Source of the DNA: Deltaproteobacteria bacterium
GTDB lineage: Bacteria > Desulfobacterota > DSM-4660 > Desulfatiglandales > B25-G16
Length of the DNA: 35,286 nucleotides
Reading direction: 5' to 3'
NCBI GenBank assembly: GCA_020355085.1
Contig: CP070657.1
Coordinates: 1,166,615 to 1,201,900, forward strand
The position numbers and the translations under genes are program-made. The notes below the pieces were generated by a model. That model saw only the letters and a list, made by a program, of their open reading frames with translations, was not told the DNA's origin and did not search any database. Numbering within the stretch: position 1 is the stretch's first letter; every line of letters starts with the position of its first letter. Of this stretch, positions 26,318-34,582 are shown piece after piece.

Positions 26318-26836
26318 ATGTATTCAGAAACGGTAATGGATCACTTCAGGAACCCCAGAAACGTGGGTACAATTGAAGATGCCAACGGCGTTGGCGAGGT
26401 GGGAAACCCCATGTGCGGGGATATCATGACCATGTACCTGAGCATTAAAGATGATCGCATAGATGATATAAAATTCCAGACCTTTGGTTGCGGCGCTGCT
26501 ATTGCTGTTTCAAGTATGCTCACCGAGATGGCAAAAGGCAAGAGCATTGAAGAGGCGAAGAAGATCTCCAATAAAGATGTTGCTAACGCGCTCGGCGGTT
26601 TACCGAAAAACAAGCTTCATTGTTCTAATCTGGGCGCAGACGCGTTGCACAGTGCCCTTAAGGACTATGAAGATCGAAAAGCCGAAAAACCCAGAGGCGA
26701 GCTGAAGCGCAAGGAGAAGCACGAGCATGTTGGTGGCGAAAAGTGCTATTGTCCCTATTGTGATGTTGAAATCGGTGAGGGTGAAACTGTGTGCGCGAAT
26801 TGTGCGCTAACCGTTGATGTCGGTCAACAAGACTGA
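26318..26836 (+). CDS. iscU: Fe-S cluster scaffold IscU/NifU-N with a C-terminal CxxC-x12-CxxC extension
   Basis: 'HFRNPRNVG', 'GNPMCGD', 'FGCGAAIA' and 'LHCSNLG' give the three scaffold Cys plus Asp. The tail is '..KCYCPYCDVEIGEGETVCANCAL'. The ATG at 26318 follows GGAGG. Confidence 0.9.
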   Translation: MYSETVMDHFRNPRNVGTIEDANGVGEVGNPMCGDIMTMYLSIKDDRIDDIKFQTFGCGAAIAVSSMLTEMAKGKSIEEAKKISNKDVANALGGLPKNKLHCSNLGADALHSALKDYEDRKAEKPRGELKRKEKHEHVGGEKCYCPYCDVEIGEGETVCANCALTVDVGQQD

Positions 26837-26853
26837 AGGTGGAGGTCGCGAAT

Positions 26854-28035
26854 ATGAATATTCTCAATCTGGATCACATTTCGGCAAACCAGCTTTTGCC
26901 TGAAGTCCAGGACGCCATGGTCAGTGCTATAAAAATGGGCTATGGCAATCCTTCGAGCCAACATAAAATGGGCGAACAGAGCTCTGAGGCCTTGGAAAAA
27001 GCCCGAGAATCCGTGGCAGCACTCATCAACTCCCCGTCTCCGAAAGAGGTGGTTTTTACGTCATGCGGTACCGAGTCCATTAATCATGCCATAAAGGGTG
27101 TGGCTCTGGCCAGTGCAGACAAAGGGAAGCACCTGGTCACATCCAACATCGAGCATAATTCCGTTATTCGAAGTATCCGTCGGCTGAAAATGATGGGTTA
27201 TCAGGTCACTTCAGTTCCCGTTGATAAATATGGACGGGTCAGTCCCGATCACGTAACCAAGGCTATAAGAGATGACACCATACTCGTATCGATCATGCAT
27301 GCCAATAATGAAATTGGAACTATTGAGCCGATAGAGGAAATCGCGTCAATCACCAAAGGCAAAAAGGTAACCTTTCATGTGGACGCAGTAGATTCCGTGG
27401 GAGTCCTGCCGATTGATGTGCAGAAACTGGGTGTAGACTTGCTCAGTTTCGCGTCTAATCCTTTTTACGGTCCTACCGGCGTGGGAGGTTTGTATATCCG
27501 GCGTGGAACCAACGTTTGGCCATTGCTTGAGGGAGGTATTCAGGAGAATAACAAAAGAGCTGGCACGGAAAATCTGATCGGTATCATCGGGTTGGGCGTT
27601 GCAGCTGAGCTTGCTAAACGGGATATGGACGCGAGACTTTCTCAGTTCAAGAGACTCAGAGAGAAGTTCCTCAAGGAGCTTCCCAATTACGTCGATGAGT
27701 ACATCATTAATGGACATCCGGAATACTGCCTGCCTAATCTTGTGTCTGTATCCTTAAAATACATCGAAGGAGAGAGCATTGTCCTCATGATGGACGATGA
27801 GGACATCGAAATATCTACACGGTCAGCGTGTGCATCGGGATCGCTGCGAGCATCGCACGTGTTACTGTCCATTGGGCTGCAGTTCGCTGAGGCTCAGGGT
27901 ACGCTGGTCATTACCTTTGGCTTGGAGAATACCGAGAAAGACGTGGTTCGGTTCCTGACCGCCTTAAAGGAAACGGTGAAAACCCTGCGTAACCTCTCTC
28001 CCCTATACAAAAAGGCTCATCAGACCGAGCACTAG
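26854..28035 (+). CDS. IscS/NifS-like class V aminotransferase-fold protein lacking the PLP-binding lysine
   Basis: 'TSCGTESINHA', 'HANNEIG', 'HVDAVDSVG', 'RAGTEN' and the active-site loop 'STRSACASGS' are conserved. The canonical 'SFSGHKIYGPKG' reads 'SFASNPFYGPTG'. The ATG at 26854 follows GGTGGAGG. Confidence 0.85.
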   Translation: MNILNLDHISANQLLPEVQDAMVSAIKMGYGNPSSQHKMGEQSSEALEKARESVAALINSPSPKEVVFTSCGTESINHAIKGVALASADKGKHLVTSNIEHNSVIRSIRRLKMMGYQVTSVPVDKYGRVSPDHVTKAIRDDTILVSIMHANNEIGTIEPIEEIASITKGKKVTFHVDAVDSVGVLPIDVQKLGVDLLSFASNPFYGPTGVGGLYIRRGTNVWPLLEGGIQENNKRAGTENLIGIIGLGVAAELAKRDMDARLSQFKRLREKFLKELPNYVDEYIINGHPEYCLPNLVSVSLKYIEGESIVLMMDDEDIEISTRSACASGSLRASHVLLSIGLQFAEAQGTLVITFGLENTEKDVVRFLTALKETVKTLRNLSPLYKKAHQTEH

Positions 28036-28355
28036 CTTTGTTCCCTGTTCATTACCAGAGCTGAACCTTGGAATATTCTCAATGAGCAAATCGACCTCAG
28101 TCGAAGCTTTTATTCGTGTATTTCCGGTGGCTAAATAGTTCGCTTGACTCTCCCAATATGCAGTTTTATTCTATTAATAAGAGTGCCCGCGATAGGGTCT
28201 ACCGTTGATGGAATAATTGGGACCTGGGGGAGGAGTGGCAACAAGAGGTATCATTCATAACAACCTCATTCAAACCGGGAGATACGGAAGGTGCTTCTTG
28301 AGTGAATATGAAAACAGTGGGGGTCACGCCGTTACGTATTTCTTTAAGATAATCC

Positions 28356-28384
28356 TTGTAAACACAATATATTCTACTTATAAT
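28356..28384 (+). promoter_or_regulatory. Strong sigma70-like promoter (TTGTAA-N17-TATAAT)
   Basis: Consensus -10 hexamer, 4/6 -35 hexamer and ideal spacing, about 120 nt upstream of the ATG at 28507. The leader contains the hairpin TGACAG-N8-CTGTCA. Confidence 0.5.
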
Positions 28385-28506
28385 ACTAAAAGACACAAGA
28401 TATATGGAGTCATTTCGTGACAGCCATTGGCCTGTCAGGATCTGATTTCACCATTTCTCGGGCAATGGGTAAAAACCTTAGCCGCAGTATGAGGAGGGGC
28501 AATAAA

Positions 28507-29004
28507 ATGAGTGAGTATTGTGTTGTAGTTACCGGTGGGGCGCGTGCGCGCTTCTTTACCTTAGAACCGGTGGAGCACCCCGAGTTGGAATCAGGGCCCA
28601 GACTGATTGAATGCGGGGAACTCTGTAACCCTCAAAAGGAGATCCCAAGACGGGACATTTATGCCGAGCCGAAGACCGGCCGCCATCGAGCTCCCCGTGG
28701 AGGCCCTACCCATGGCTATGACGACCACCGGTCTCAGCATGAAGACGAATTCGATCGCCGCTTCGCCCATGAAGTCATGGTGGAAGCGAGGCGTTTCGTA
28801 CACGCAAACCAGGCCCGCTGCCTGGCGCTCGTAGCGCCCCCCCATATCCTTGGAATGATCCGCAGCGACCTCCAGAACATTCTCAAAAGGGGCATGGTGG
28901 TACAGAAATTATCTAAGGATATGTCCAAGTTTTCACCCAGAAAGATTCATGAGCATCTTGCAAGACAGCAGGTGCTCCCGCCGCGCAGGAGGCCAGGCGT
29001 ATAA
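28507..29004 (+). CDS. Host-attachment protein family (Host_attach / baeRF-like)
   Basis: 'YCVVVTGGARARFF', 'RRFAHEVMVEARRF', 'LALVAPPHILGMIRSDL' and 'KLSKDMSKFSPRKIHEHL' resemble the PF10116 pattern (vaDGxxARxf ... rFaxxva ... LxxxAxPxxLGxLRxxL ... KDL). The ATG at 28507 follows GAGGAGGGG. Confidence 0.55.
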   Translation: MSEYCVVVTGGARARFFTLEPVEHPELESGPRLIECGELCNPQKEIPRRDIYAEPKTGRHRAPRGGPTHGYDDHRSQHEDEFDRRFAHEVMVEARRFVHANQARCLALVAPPHILGMIRSDLQNILKRGMVVQKLSKDMSKFSPRKIHEHLARQQVLPPRRRPGV

Positions 29005-29093
29005 AGAGCCGCTGCACTTAATACATTATGCTTTCCGTGAGATTGTACGGGTTGCAGATCACTATTTCCCAGTCGGGAAAGGAGGTGAGAAAA

Positions 29094-29279
29094 ATGGTTC
29101 AAGCTAAAATGCCCCACCCAGAACACGAACAACACCTTTGTTACCTGCAAAACGTAGGTTACGTGCAGTCAAACTTAGAAGATTACAAGAAACTCGTTGC
29201 CGAGCCGAAATTCATATGTAGGAACTGCGGGCGAGTAGCTGCAAGCGACAAGAACCTTTGTGCACCTGAGGGATTGTAA
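29094..29279 (+). CDS. Small His/Cys-rich protein (61 aa)
   Basis: The ATG follows GAAAGGAGGTG. The sequence is 'MVQAKMPHPEHEQHLCYL....FICRNCGRVAASDKNLCAPEGL' (C-x33-CxxC-x12-C). Confidence 0.5.
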   Translation: MVQAKMPHPEHEQHLCYLQNVGYVQSNLEDYKKLVAEPKFICRNCGRVAASDKNLCAPEGL

Positions 29280-29539
29280 TTGAAGTTCGAAGGGGTCATC
29301 CCTTGAGGAATTCATTAGAGTTGTGGGACTATGATCTGATCCGAGGGCTGTTCACCCAAAAAGAGGTATGGTCCGATTCCCACATTCTCGGGTAGAAGTT
29401 TCTCTGTTTGTCAACCACATCTTTATGCCGTTTGCGCACTCCCGACAAATCGACTGCGTCCTGGTTATGCGATAGGAATACCGCTTTTTTTACAAGAGGC
29501 AGACAAGCAATTCGTTAATCCATCGGGCCCCAATCGACA

Positions 29540-30598
29540 TCATTGAAGTATTTGATGTGCACTCCTTAATCTCTCAGGAATCGGAACCCCATAAGGGCAG
29601 AGTGCCTCACATTTCCTGCACTCTGAACACGCAACAGCGTTTATGGCAAGCGATCTATACTGCTCTATTGCCCAGTCTTTTAGGCCGTAACGATCATGGT
29701 AGCTCTCGAACCGAAATATATCGGGTATGGGTATTCCCTCAGGGCAGGGTAAGCAATACCCGCAGTTCCTGCAAAATCCCTTCCCTGCGTCGCCCACCTC
29801 TTCTATGAGGCTCTTGATCTCATCTGGATTCAGCTTTCTCGGTTGCCTCCCAACACGCAGGTTTTCCTCCAACTCATAGAGTTCCTTCATTCCGGGTATG
29901 GCGCAGCTGATATTATGGTTTGCGAGAACATAGTACAGCGAAATCTGGGCAAGGGAGTCTCCCCCAATGAATGCCCTTGCTCTTGTCTCACCAGGGCCCT
30001 CCGCAAGGATCCCGCCGGCAAGGGGTTTCATGGCAACAACGCCCACCCCTGTTTTGTGAGCCTTTGGAAGGAGATCTGCCTCCAACCGGTCTTCATCAAA
30101 GGCGCTGTAAGCAACCATGAGCACGGAAAACACTTCGGATTCTATGGCCCTCCTCATCATCGGAGGGGAGTAGTGAATGCTCATCCCAATCTCCCGTATC
30201 TTCCCGTCCCTTTTGGCCGCTTCCAAGGTCTCCAGCCCTCCTCTTTCGAATAGTCGATCGTATTCATCACCTCGAACATCATGGAAGAGCACCAGATCGA
30301 TCCAGTCTGTCTTCAGACGGCGAAGACAGCGCTCCAGTTTCCTTTGGACACCAGGCCCGTCCCGTTCGTCTATTTTGGTAGAAAGGTAAAATTCCTCCCG
30401 CCGCTTTCCTATTGCAGTGCCGATCTTCTCCTCGCTATCGCCGTAACAATCTGCGGTATCAACGAAGTTGATCCCCTCGTCAAGGGCCCTGTTGAGTAGA
30501 ATGTCACATTCCCTTTGAGGGATCTGCGGCAGTTTAATGGCTCCAAAGCCGATTACCGAGACCTTCCAGCCTGTTTTGCCGAGCATTCGTTTTTGCAT
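29540..30598 (-). CDS. Aldo/keto reductase with a C-terminal 4Fe-4S-type Cys-cluster domain
   Basis: 'LGKTGWKVSVIGFGA' and 'INFVDTADCYG' are AKR motifs. The C-terminus has 'CRNCGYCLPCPEGIP' and 'CSECRKCEALCPYGVP'. Confidence 0.88.
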   Translation of the reverse strand: MQKRMLGKTGWKVSVIGFGAIKLPQIPQRECDILLNRALDEGINFVDTADCYGDSEEKIGTAIGKRREEFYLSTKIDERDGPGVQRKLERCLRRLKTDWIDLVLFHDVRGDEYDRLFERGGLETLEAAKRDGKIREIGMSIHYSPPMMRRAIESEVFSVLMVAYSAFDEDRLEADLLPKAHKTGVGVVAMKPLAGGILAEGPGETRARAFIGGDSLAQISLYYVLANHNISCAIPGMKELYELEENLRVGRQPRKLNPDEIKSLIEEVGDAGKGFCRNCGYCLPCPEGIPIPDIFRFESYHDRYGLKDWAIEQYRSLAINAVACSECRKCEALCPYGVPIPERLRSAHQILQ

Positions 30599-30705
30599 AG
30601 CACCTTGATTCCGGGCAAAAAGACCAGCCGTTTTTTCAGAAGCTGAACTCTTCCCAGCCGAAAGCAGCCAACCCCGATGAGGTTATGCCCGAACGCTGTC
30701 TGCGC

Positions 30706-30975
30706 TTAAGACCTCCGAATACGGAGGGTAACCGCGTTTTCACGATCGGGGCATTCCAACGTCAACTCATCCCCCGAGCTCCAAGGATAACTACCCCCGA
30801 ATTGCATGACGCTCAGATTGGGGAAGATATCGTGATAAAAAAAGCCGCAAAGCCCGCCACAATCCCAGCAGGTCAGCTCCAGTTTATCGCCAACCTTATG
30901 CCCGGCGCTGCACTCTCCCTTTACCGAAATGACCTCCGCGGTCAGTGGTTTAACATCTGGTGGGTTAAGGGCCAT
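30706..30975 (-). CDS. TIGR04076-family small Cys-rich protein
   Basis: 'GECSAGHKVGD', 'GGLCGFFYHDIFPNLSVMQFGGSYPW' and 'LECPD' match my recollection of TIGR04076. AAGGAGG RBS 7 nt upstream. Confidence 0.7.
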   Translation of the reverse strand: MALNPPDVKPLTAEVISVKGECSAGHKVGDKLELTCWDCGGLCGFFYHDIFPNLSVMQFGGSYPWSSGDELTLECPDRENAVTLRIRRS

Positions 30976-31205
30976 GACAAACCTCCTTACTTTTGGTAGT
31001 CTATGTTCTCTGTCTCAGGTTGATAGGTTGGAGAGGCCACCCTTATCCTTTGGCAATCGACCCAAGTGGTATAAGTGGTGCCGCATTCCGTAGCAAAAAG
31101 AGTAGAGGAAAGATCTATTTGTGTAAATCAAAAAATTCTCTTAGCCTAGATCTGGCCTTGTGATCTCCTTACTGTTCGAGTGAATGGCACTTTGTGTATT
31201 CATTG

Positions 31206-31233
31206 TTGAAGGGTTTCAAGATCGTGATACAAT
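31206..31233 (+). promoter_or_regulatory. Sigma70-like promoter (TTGAAG-N16-TACAAT)
   Basis: Hexamer match in an AT-richer intergenic region, about 200 nt upstream of the small ORF at 31439. Confidence 0.3.
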
Positions 31234-31438
31234 GTAATCCCCTGAGATCATCAGGACGTTGTTGTTGCGATTTAATTGGGTATTTATCTCCTTCTGAAAC
31301 AAAGTGCGCGCTCCGTTAGAGGCTACCGCCCCGAGCGGCTTTGATAATGAACCGAAAACCCCAAGACGTTATACTGTACGCGTTCTGCGAGTTCCCGTGC
31401 CACGGAAAAGACAGCTGAACCCTGTTCGAGGTAATTCA

Positions 31439-31615
31439 ATGGAAGATGGAGTTGATGAGAAAGAACTGGTACTTTTCCTTGAGCTTCTGATGCCACATAT
31501 CATTCATCTCAATGCCGTAACCGACCTGCTATTGGAGAAAGGTATCTTCACAAGAGAAGAATTTTCTACCAAAAGGAAGCAGGTGCAACAGCAATACGAG
31601 AATAGGTCAGAATGA
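31439..31615 (+). CDS. Small helical hypothetical protein (58 aa)
   Basis: 'ELVLFLELLMPHIIHLNAVTDLLLEKGIFTREEFSTKRKQVQQQYE' looks protein-like. The RBS is weak. The ORF-track GTG start at 31304 gives an Arg/Pro-rich N-terminus that looks non-coding. Confidence 0.4.
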   Translation: MEDGVDEKELVLFLELLMPHIIHLNAVTDLLLEKGIFTREEFSTKRKQVQQQYENRSE

Positions 31616-31629
31616 AACAGGGAAAACAG

Positions 31630-31647
31630 CCACCACTGAACTGGTGG
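31630..31647 (+). terminator. Hairpin CCACCA-ctgaac-TGGTGG 15 nt after the small ORF
   Basis: 6-bp GC-rich stem. The downstream tract 'atgcctcgtttgtg' is only weakly T-rich. Confidence 0.25.
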
Positions 31648-31776
31648 ATGCCTCGTTTGTGCACAGGTTCACTCCCTGGGGTCTGTCAAGCGAGTAGAAT
31701 TAGCACCATGAGCCCCAAGCTATGAAGCATTCCTATAGATCCAGATACCAGAGAAACCTTATAAAGGAGGTTTGCG

Positions 31777-34161
31777 GTGAAAAAATGGATCTTGATTATC
31801 CTATCCATTGTCTTTGGCCTCATTCTAGTAGTGGCGGCGGGAGGCTACCTGTGGTTTCAGCATACTCTCAAGAAAAGCTTGCCGGAAACCACGGGAGAGA
31901 TCGTCCTCCCGGGCCTTACCGAACGGGTCGACATTATTCGAGATTCCTACGGCATACCTCACATCTACGCCAAAAACGAACCCGACCTCTACTTCGCCCT
32001 CGGGTATGCAATAGCACAAGACCGTTTCTGGCAGATGGAGTTTCACCGCCGGTTGGGCCGCGGTCGTCTATCAGAGATATTCGGTGAAGAATTCGTCGAA
32101 GTAGACCGTTATTTCAGGACCTTGGCCGCTGCAGGCCCGAATAGAGGGCATCTTGAGGATATCGGTTGGCTACAACAGTCGTTTGCAGATGGGGTTAACG
32201 CTTATCTGGATACCAATCGGGGTCGACTTCCCATAGAATTCACATTCCTCGGGTATACACCTGAACCATGGAAGGCAGACGATTACCTGGCCATACTCAA
32301 GGTGATTAATTGGGGCTTATGCAGCGGGTGGGATGCGGATCTGCTGGCAGCGGAGATGCTGGACAAGGTAGGAGAGGAAAGACTGTGGGAGGCTTTTCCC
32401 GCCTGGCCGGACGATGCGCCTGTCATTGTTCCAAAAGAACTAAAAGAAATATCCTTATCCCTGAAGCCTTTCAGGGAAACAGCCCGTTTGGCGAGACGGA
32501 TCTCCGGTTTTCACAGCCCGGCAGCCAGCAATAACTGGGTGGTTTCCGGCAAAAAATCCGTCACCGGTAAGCCGATTCTGGCAAACGATACCCACCTGTC
32601 GCTAAGCAATCCCTCGCTCTGGTGGGAGGTTCACATGGTGTGCCCGACAATCGATGTGTCGGGGTTTGTTCTCCTCGGCACAACAGGGGTGCCGGTTGGG
32701 CATAATCGTCATGTGGCCTGGGGAGTAACCAATGTCATGGTCGACGATGTGGACTTTTTCATCGAGAAGGTCAATCCCGATAATCCCCGGCAGTACTGGT
32801 ACATGGATCATTGGGAGGATATGAAGGTGGTGGAGGAGACAATCCCTGTCAAAGGAAAGTCCCCCGTCAAAGTGGAGATCCTCCTGACCCGCCACGGACC
32901 CATTGTCAATGAGATAAAAGAAGGTTTAGACGAAAAGGTCATTTCGGCACGGTGGGCGTTCACCGAGTGCCTTCAGCCCGTTCGGGCCGGCTACCTCTTG
33001 GCCAAGGCGAATACCGTAGAGGATGTGATAGAGGCCTTGAAATCCTGGGAGTTGCCCGGCCAGAATTTCGTCTTTGCAGACACTAAGGGGAACACCGGCT
33101 ACTGGTGCTGCGCTCCCGTTCCTATCCGTCTAAAAGGAGACGGTCTCCTCCCGGTACCCGGCTGGACCGGCGAGTACGAGTGGGAGGGATATGTGCCCTT
33201 TGAAAAAAGGCCCCACCTCTTAAATCCTGAAGAGGGGTTCGTGGCAACAGCTAACAACAAGGTAGTAGGTGGAAGCTACCCCCATATCATCAGTCACTAT
33301 TGGGAACCATTGGACCGAATTACCCGTATCAGCAGGCTGCTCAATGCAGGGGAAAAGATATCGGTTGATGATATCAAAGGCATGCATAAAGACAATTACT
33401 GCGTGCTCGCAGCTGAACTGGTGCCTCACCTGATATCCGTCCTTGATCGACGATTTTCCGGGGTACAGGCTCAAAAGGCGCAGGATATCTTCTCAAAGTG
33501 GGACTTTATGATGAACGCGGACAGCGTCGGGGCGTGCCTGTTTGCAGTAACCTTGAGAAAGATGATGGGGAATATATTCGAAGATGAATTGGGAGAAGAC
33601 CTCTTCATGCAATACATAAAGATGGTGTCCTTTCCTCCACGTGCTATCAGGGCGATGATCAGAGACGGTTCATCACCGTGGATCGACAACGTCAACACCC
33701 CGGAAAAGGAGACCATGGAAGACATTTTGGCCGCGAGCCTCGGCCAGACGCTTTCGGAGCTTAAGGAGTCCGTTGGTGACGATATCAATGAATGGACATG
33801 GGGAAAAATCCACACGCTCACATTCAAGCATGTTCTGGAAGAGCAAAAACCTCTAGACATGATATTCAATCTAGGTCCCTTCCCCGTTGGTGGAGACAAC
33901 CTCACCGTCAACAAGAAGCAGTACTCCTACGATAAGCCTTATCAGGTTGTTCACGGGGTTTCACAGCGAATGATCGTGGATCTCGCGAACATGAACAGAT
34001 CGCTTCACGTTCTTCCAACAGGTGAATCGGGACATCTCAAGAGCCCTCACTATAAGGACCAGATTCGGCTCTATCTCAGCGGCGCATACCATACTGCATG
34101 GATTGATCGCGGTGACGTCGAAAAAAATAGCGAGGGAATACTGGTATTAAGGCCCAGGTAA
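31777..34161 (+). CDS. Penicillin-acylase-family Ntn hydrolase (possible acyl-homoserine-lactone/beta-lactam acylase)
   Basis: GTG start after AAAGGAGG. N-terminal signal/anchor 'MKKWILIILSIVFGLILVVAAGG'. 'DRFWQMEFHRRLGRGRLSEIFG' is present. The self-processing nucleophile context is 'AASNNWVVSG', with 'ANDTHL'. Confidence 0.9.
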   Translation: MKKWILIILSIVFGLILVVAAGGYLWFQHTLKKSLPETTGEIVLPGLTERVDIIRDSYGIPHIYAKNEPDLYFALGYAIAQDRFWQMEFHRRLGRGRLSEIFGEEFVEVDRYFRTLAAAGPNRGHLEDIGWLQQSFADGVNAYLDTNRGRLPIEFTFLGYTPEPWKADDYLAILKVINWGLCSGWDADLLAAEMLDKVGEERLWEAFPAWPDDAPVIVPKELKEISLSLKPFRETARLARRISGFHSPAASNNWVVSGKKSVTGKPILANDTHLSLSNPSLWWEVHMVCPTIDVSGFVLLGTTGVPVGHNRHVAWGVTNVMVDDVDFFIEKVNPDNPRQYWYMDHWEDMKVVEETIPVKGKSPVKVEILLTRHGPIVNEIKEGLDEKVISARWAFTECLQPVRAGYLLAKANTVEDVIEALKSWELPGQNFVFADTKGNTGYWCCAPVPIRLKGDGLLPVPGWTGEYEWEGYVPFEKRPHLLNPEEGFVATANNKVVGGSYPHIISHYWEPLDRITRISRLLNAGEKISVDDIKGMHKDNYCVLAAELVPHLISVLDRRFSGVQAQKAQDIFSKWDFMMNADSVGACLFAVTLRKMMGNIFEDELGEDLFMQYIKMVSFPPRAIRAMIRDGSSPWIDNVNTPEKETMEDILAASLGQTLSELKESVGDDINEWTWGKIHTLTFKHVLEEQKPLDMIFNLGPFPVGGDNLTVNKKQYSYDKPYQVVHGVSQRMIVDLANMNRSLHVLPTGESGHLKSPHYKDQIRLYLSGAYHTAWIDRGDVEKNSEGILVLRPR

Positions 34162-34362
34162 CGGGCTACGGAGATGTTGTGCGGTACATCGGCCGTTGCG
34201 GTCGAACCCATCTCCCCAAACCTCCCCAAATGACTCTAACCTTGACCTTAACGAGAGTTTGCCCTAGACTGCCCCCGGAGTAAAGAACAGTTGAGTCAAT
34301 CAAGCCTTATCACAGGGTTTGAACATGGCGCAACAATCTCTCAAAGCCGAGGAGCGAATGCC

Positions 34363-34566
34363 ATGTCAGCAGAAGACGGAAAGCGAGAGGCAAGATTCCA
34401 TCTCTGGGGGTGGTTACTCTTTGTGGTTTGTGCGGGTTTCTTTATCGCCTCAAGCATTGAAAGCAATGATACCTTGAGTCTTGTTGGAAGCATCATCTTT
34501 CTGATTGCCTGTGTGGTGTTTATTACCCCCTTCGCGATGAAAAAAGGACGATCTGAAGATAAATAG
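34363..34566 (+). CDS. Small two-TM membrane protein
   Basis: The ATG at 34363 follows GAGGAG. There are two hydrophobic helices ('[17 protein letters not shown]' and '[18 protein letters not shown]'). Confidence 0.45.
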   Translation: MSAEDGKREARFHLWGWLLFVVCAGFFIASSIESNDTLSLVGSIIFLIACVVFITPFAMKKGRSEDK

Positions 34567-34582
34567 ACAGGAGCATTCCATC

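Noticed and set aside
28199-28420. 65-aa (-) and 67-aa (+) ORFs in the long gap after the IscS-like gene
   Set aside because: Neither has an RBS. Both have odd composition, and they overlap each other in an AT-richer region that looks regulatory or non-coding.
31173-31190. TGGCAC-containing sigma54-like string (TGGCACTTTGTGTATT), and TGGCACTGAAATCGTC near 6260
   Set aside because: The -12 TTGC element is missing at the required spacing in both.
34212-34230. Tandem CTCCCCAAA x2 repeat in the gap after the acylase gene
   Set aside because: There are only two 9-nt copies with no further periodicity. That is too short to call a repeat element or CRISPR-like array.
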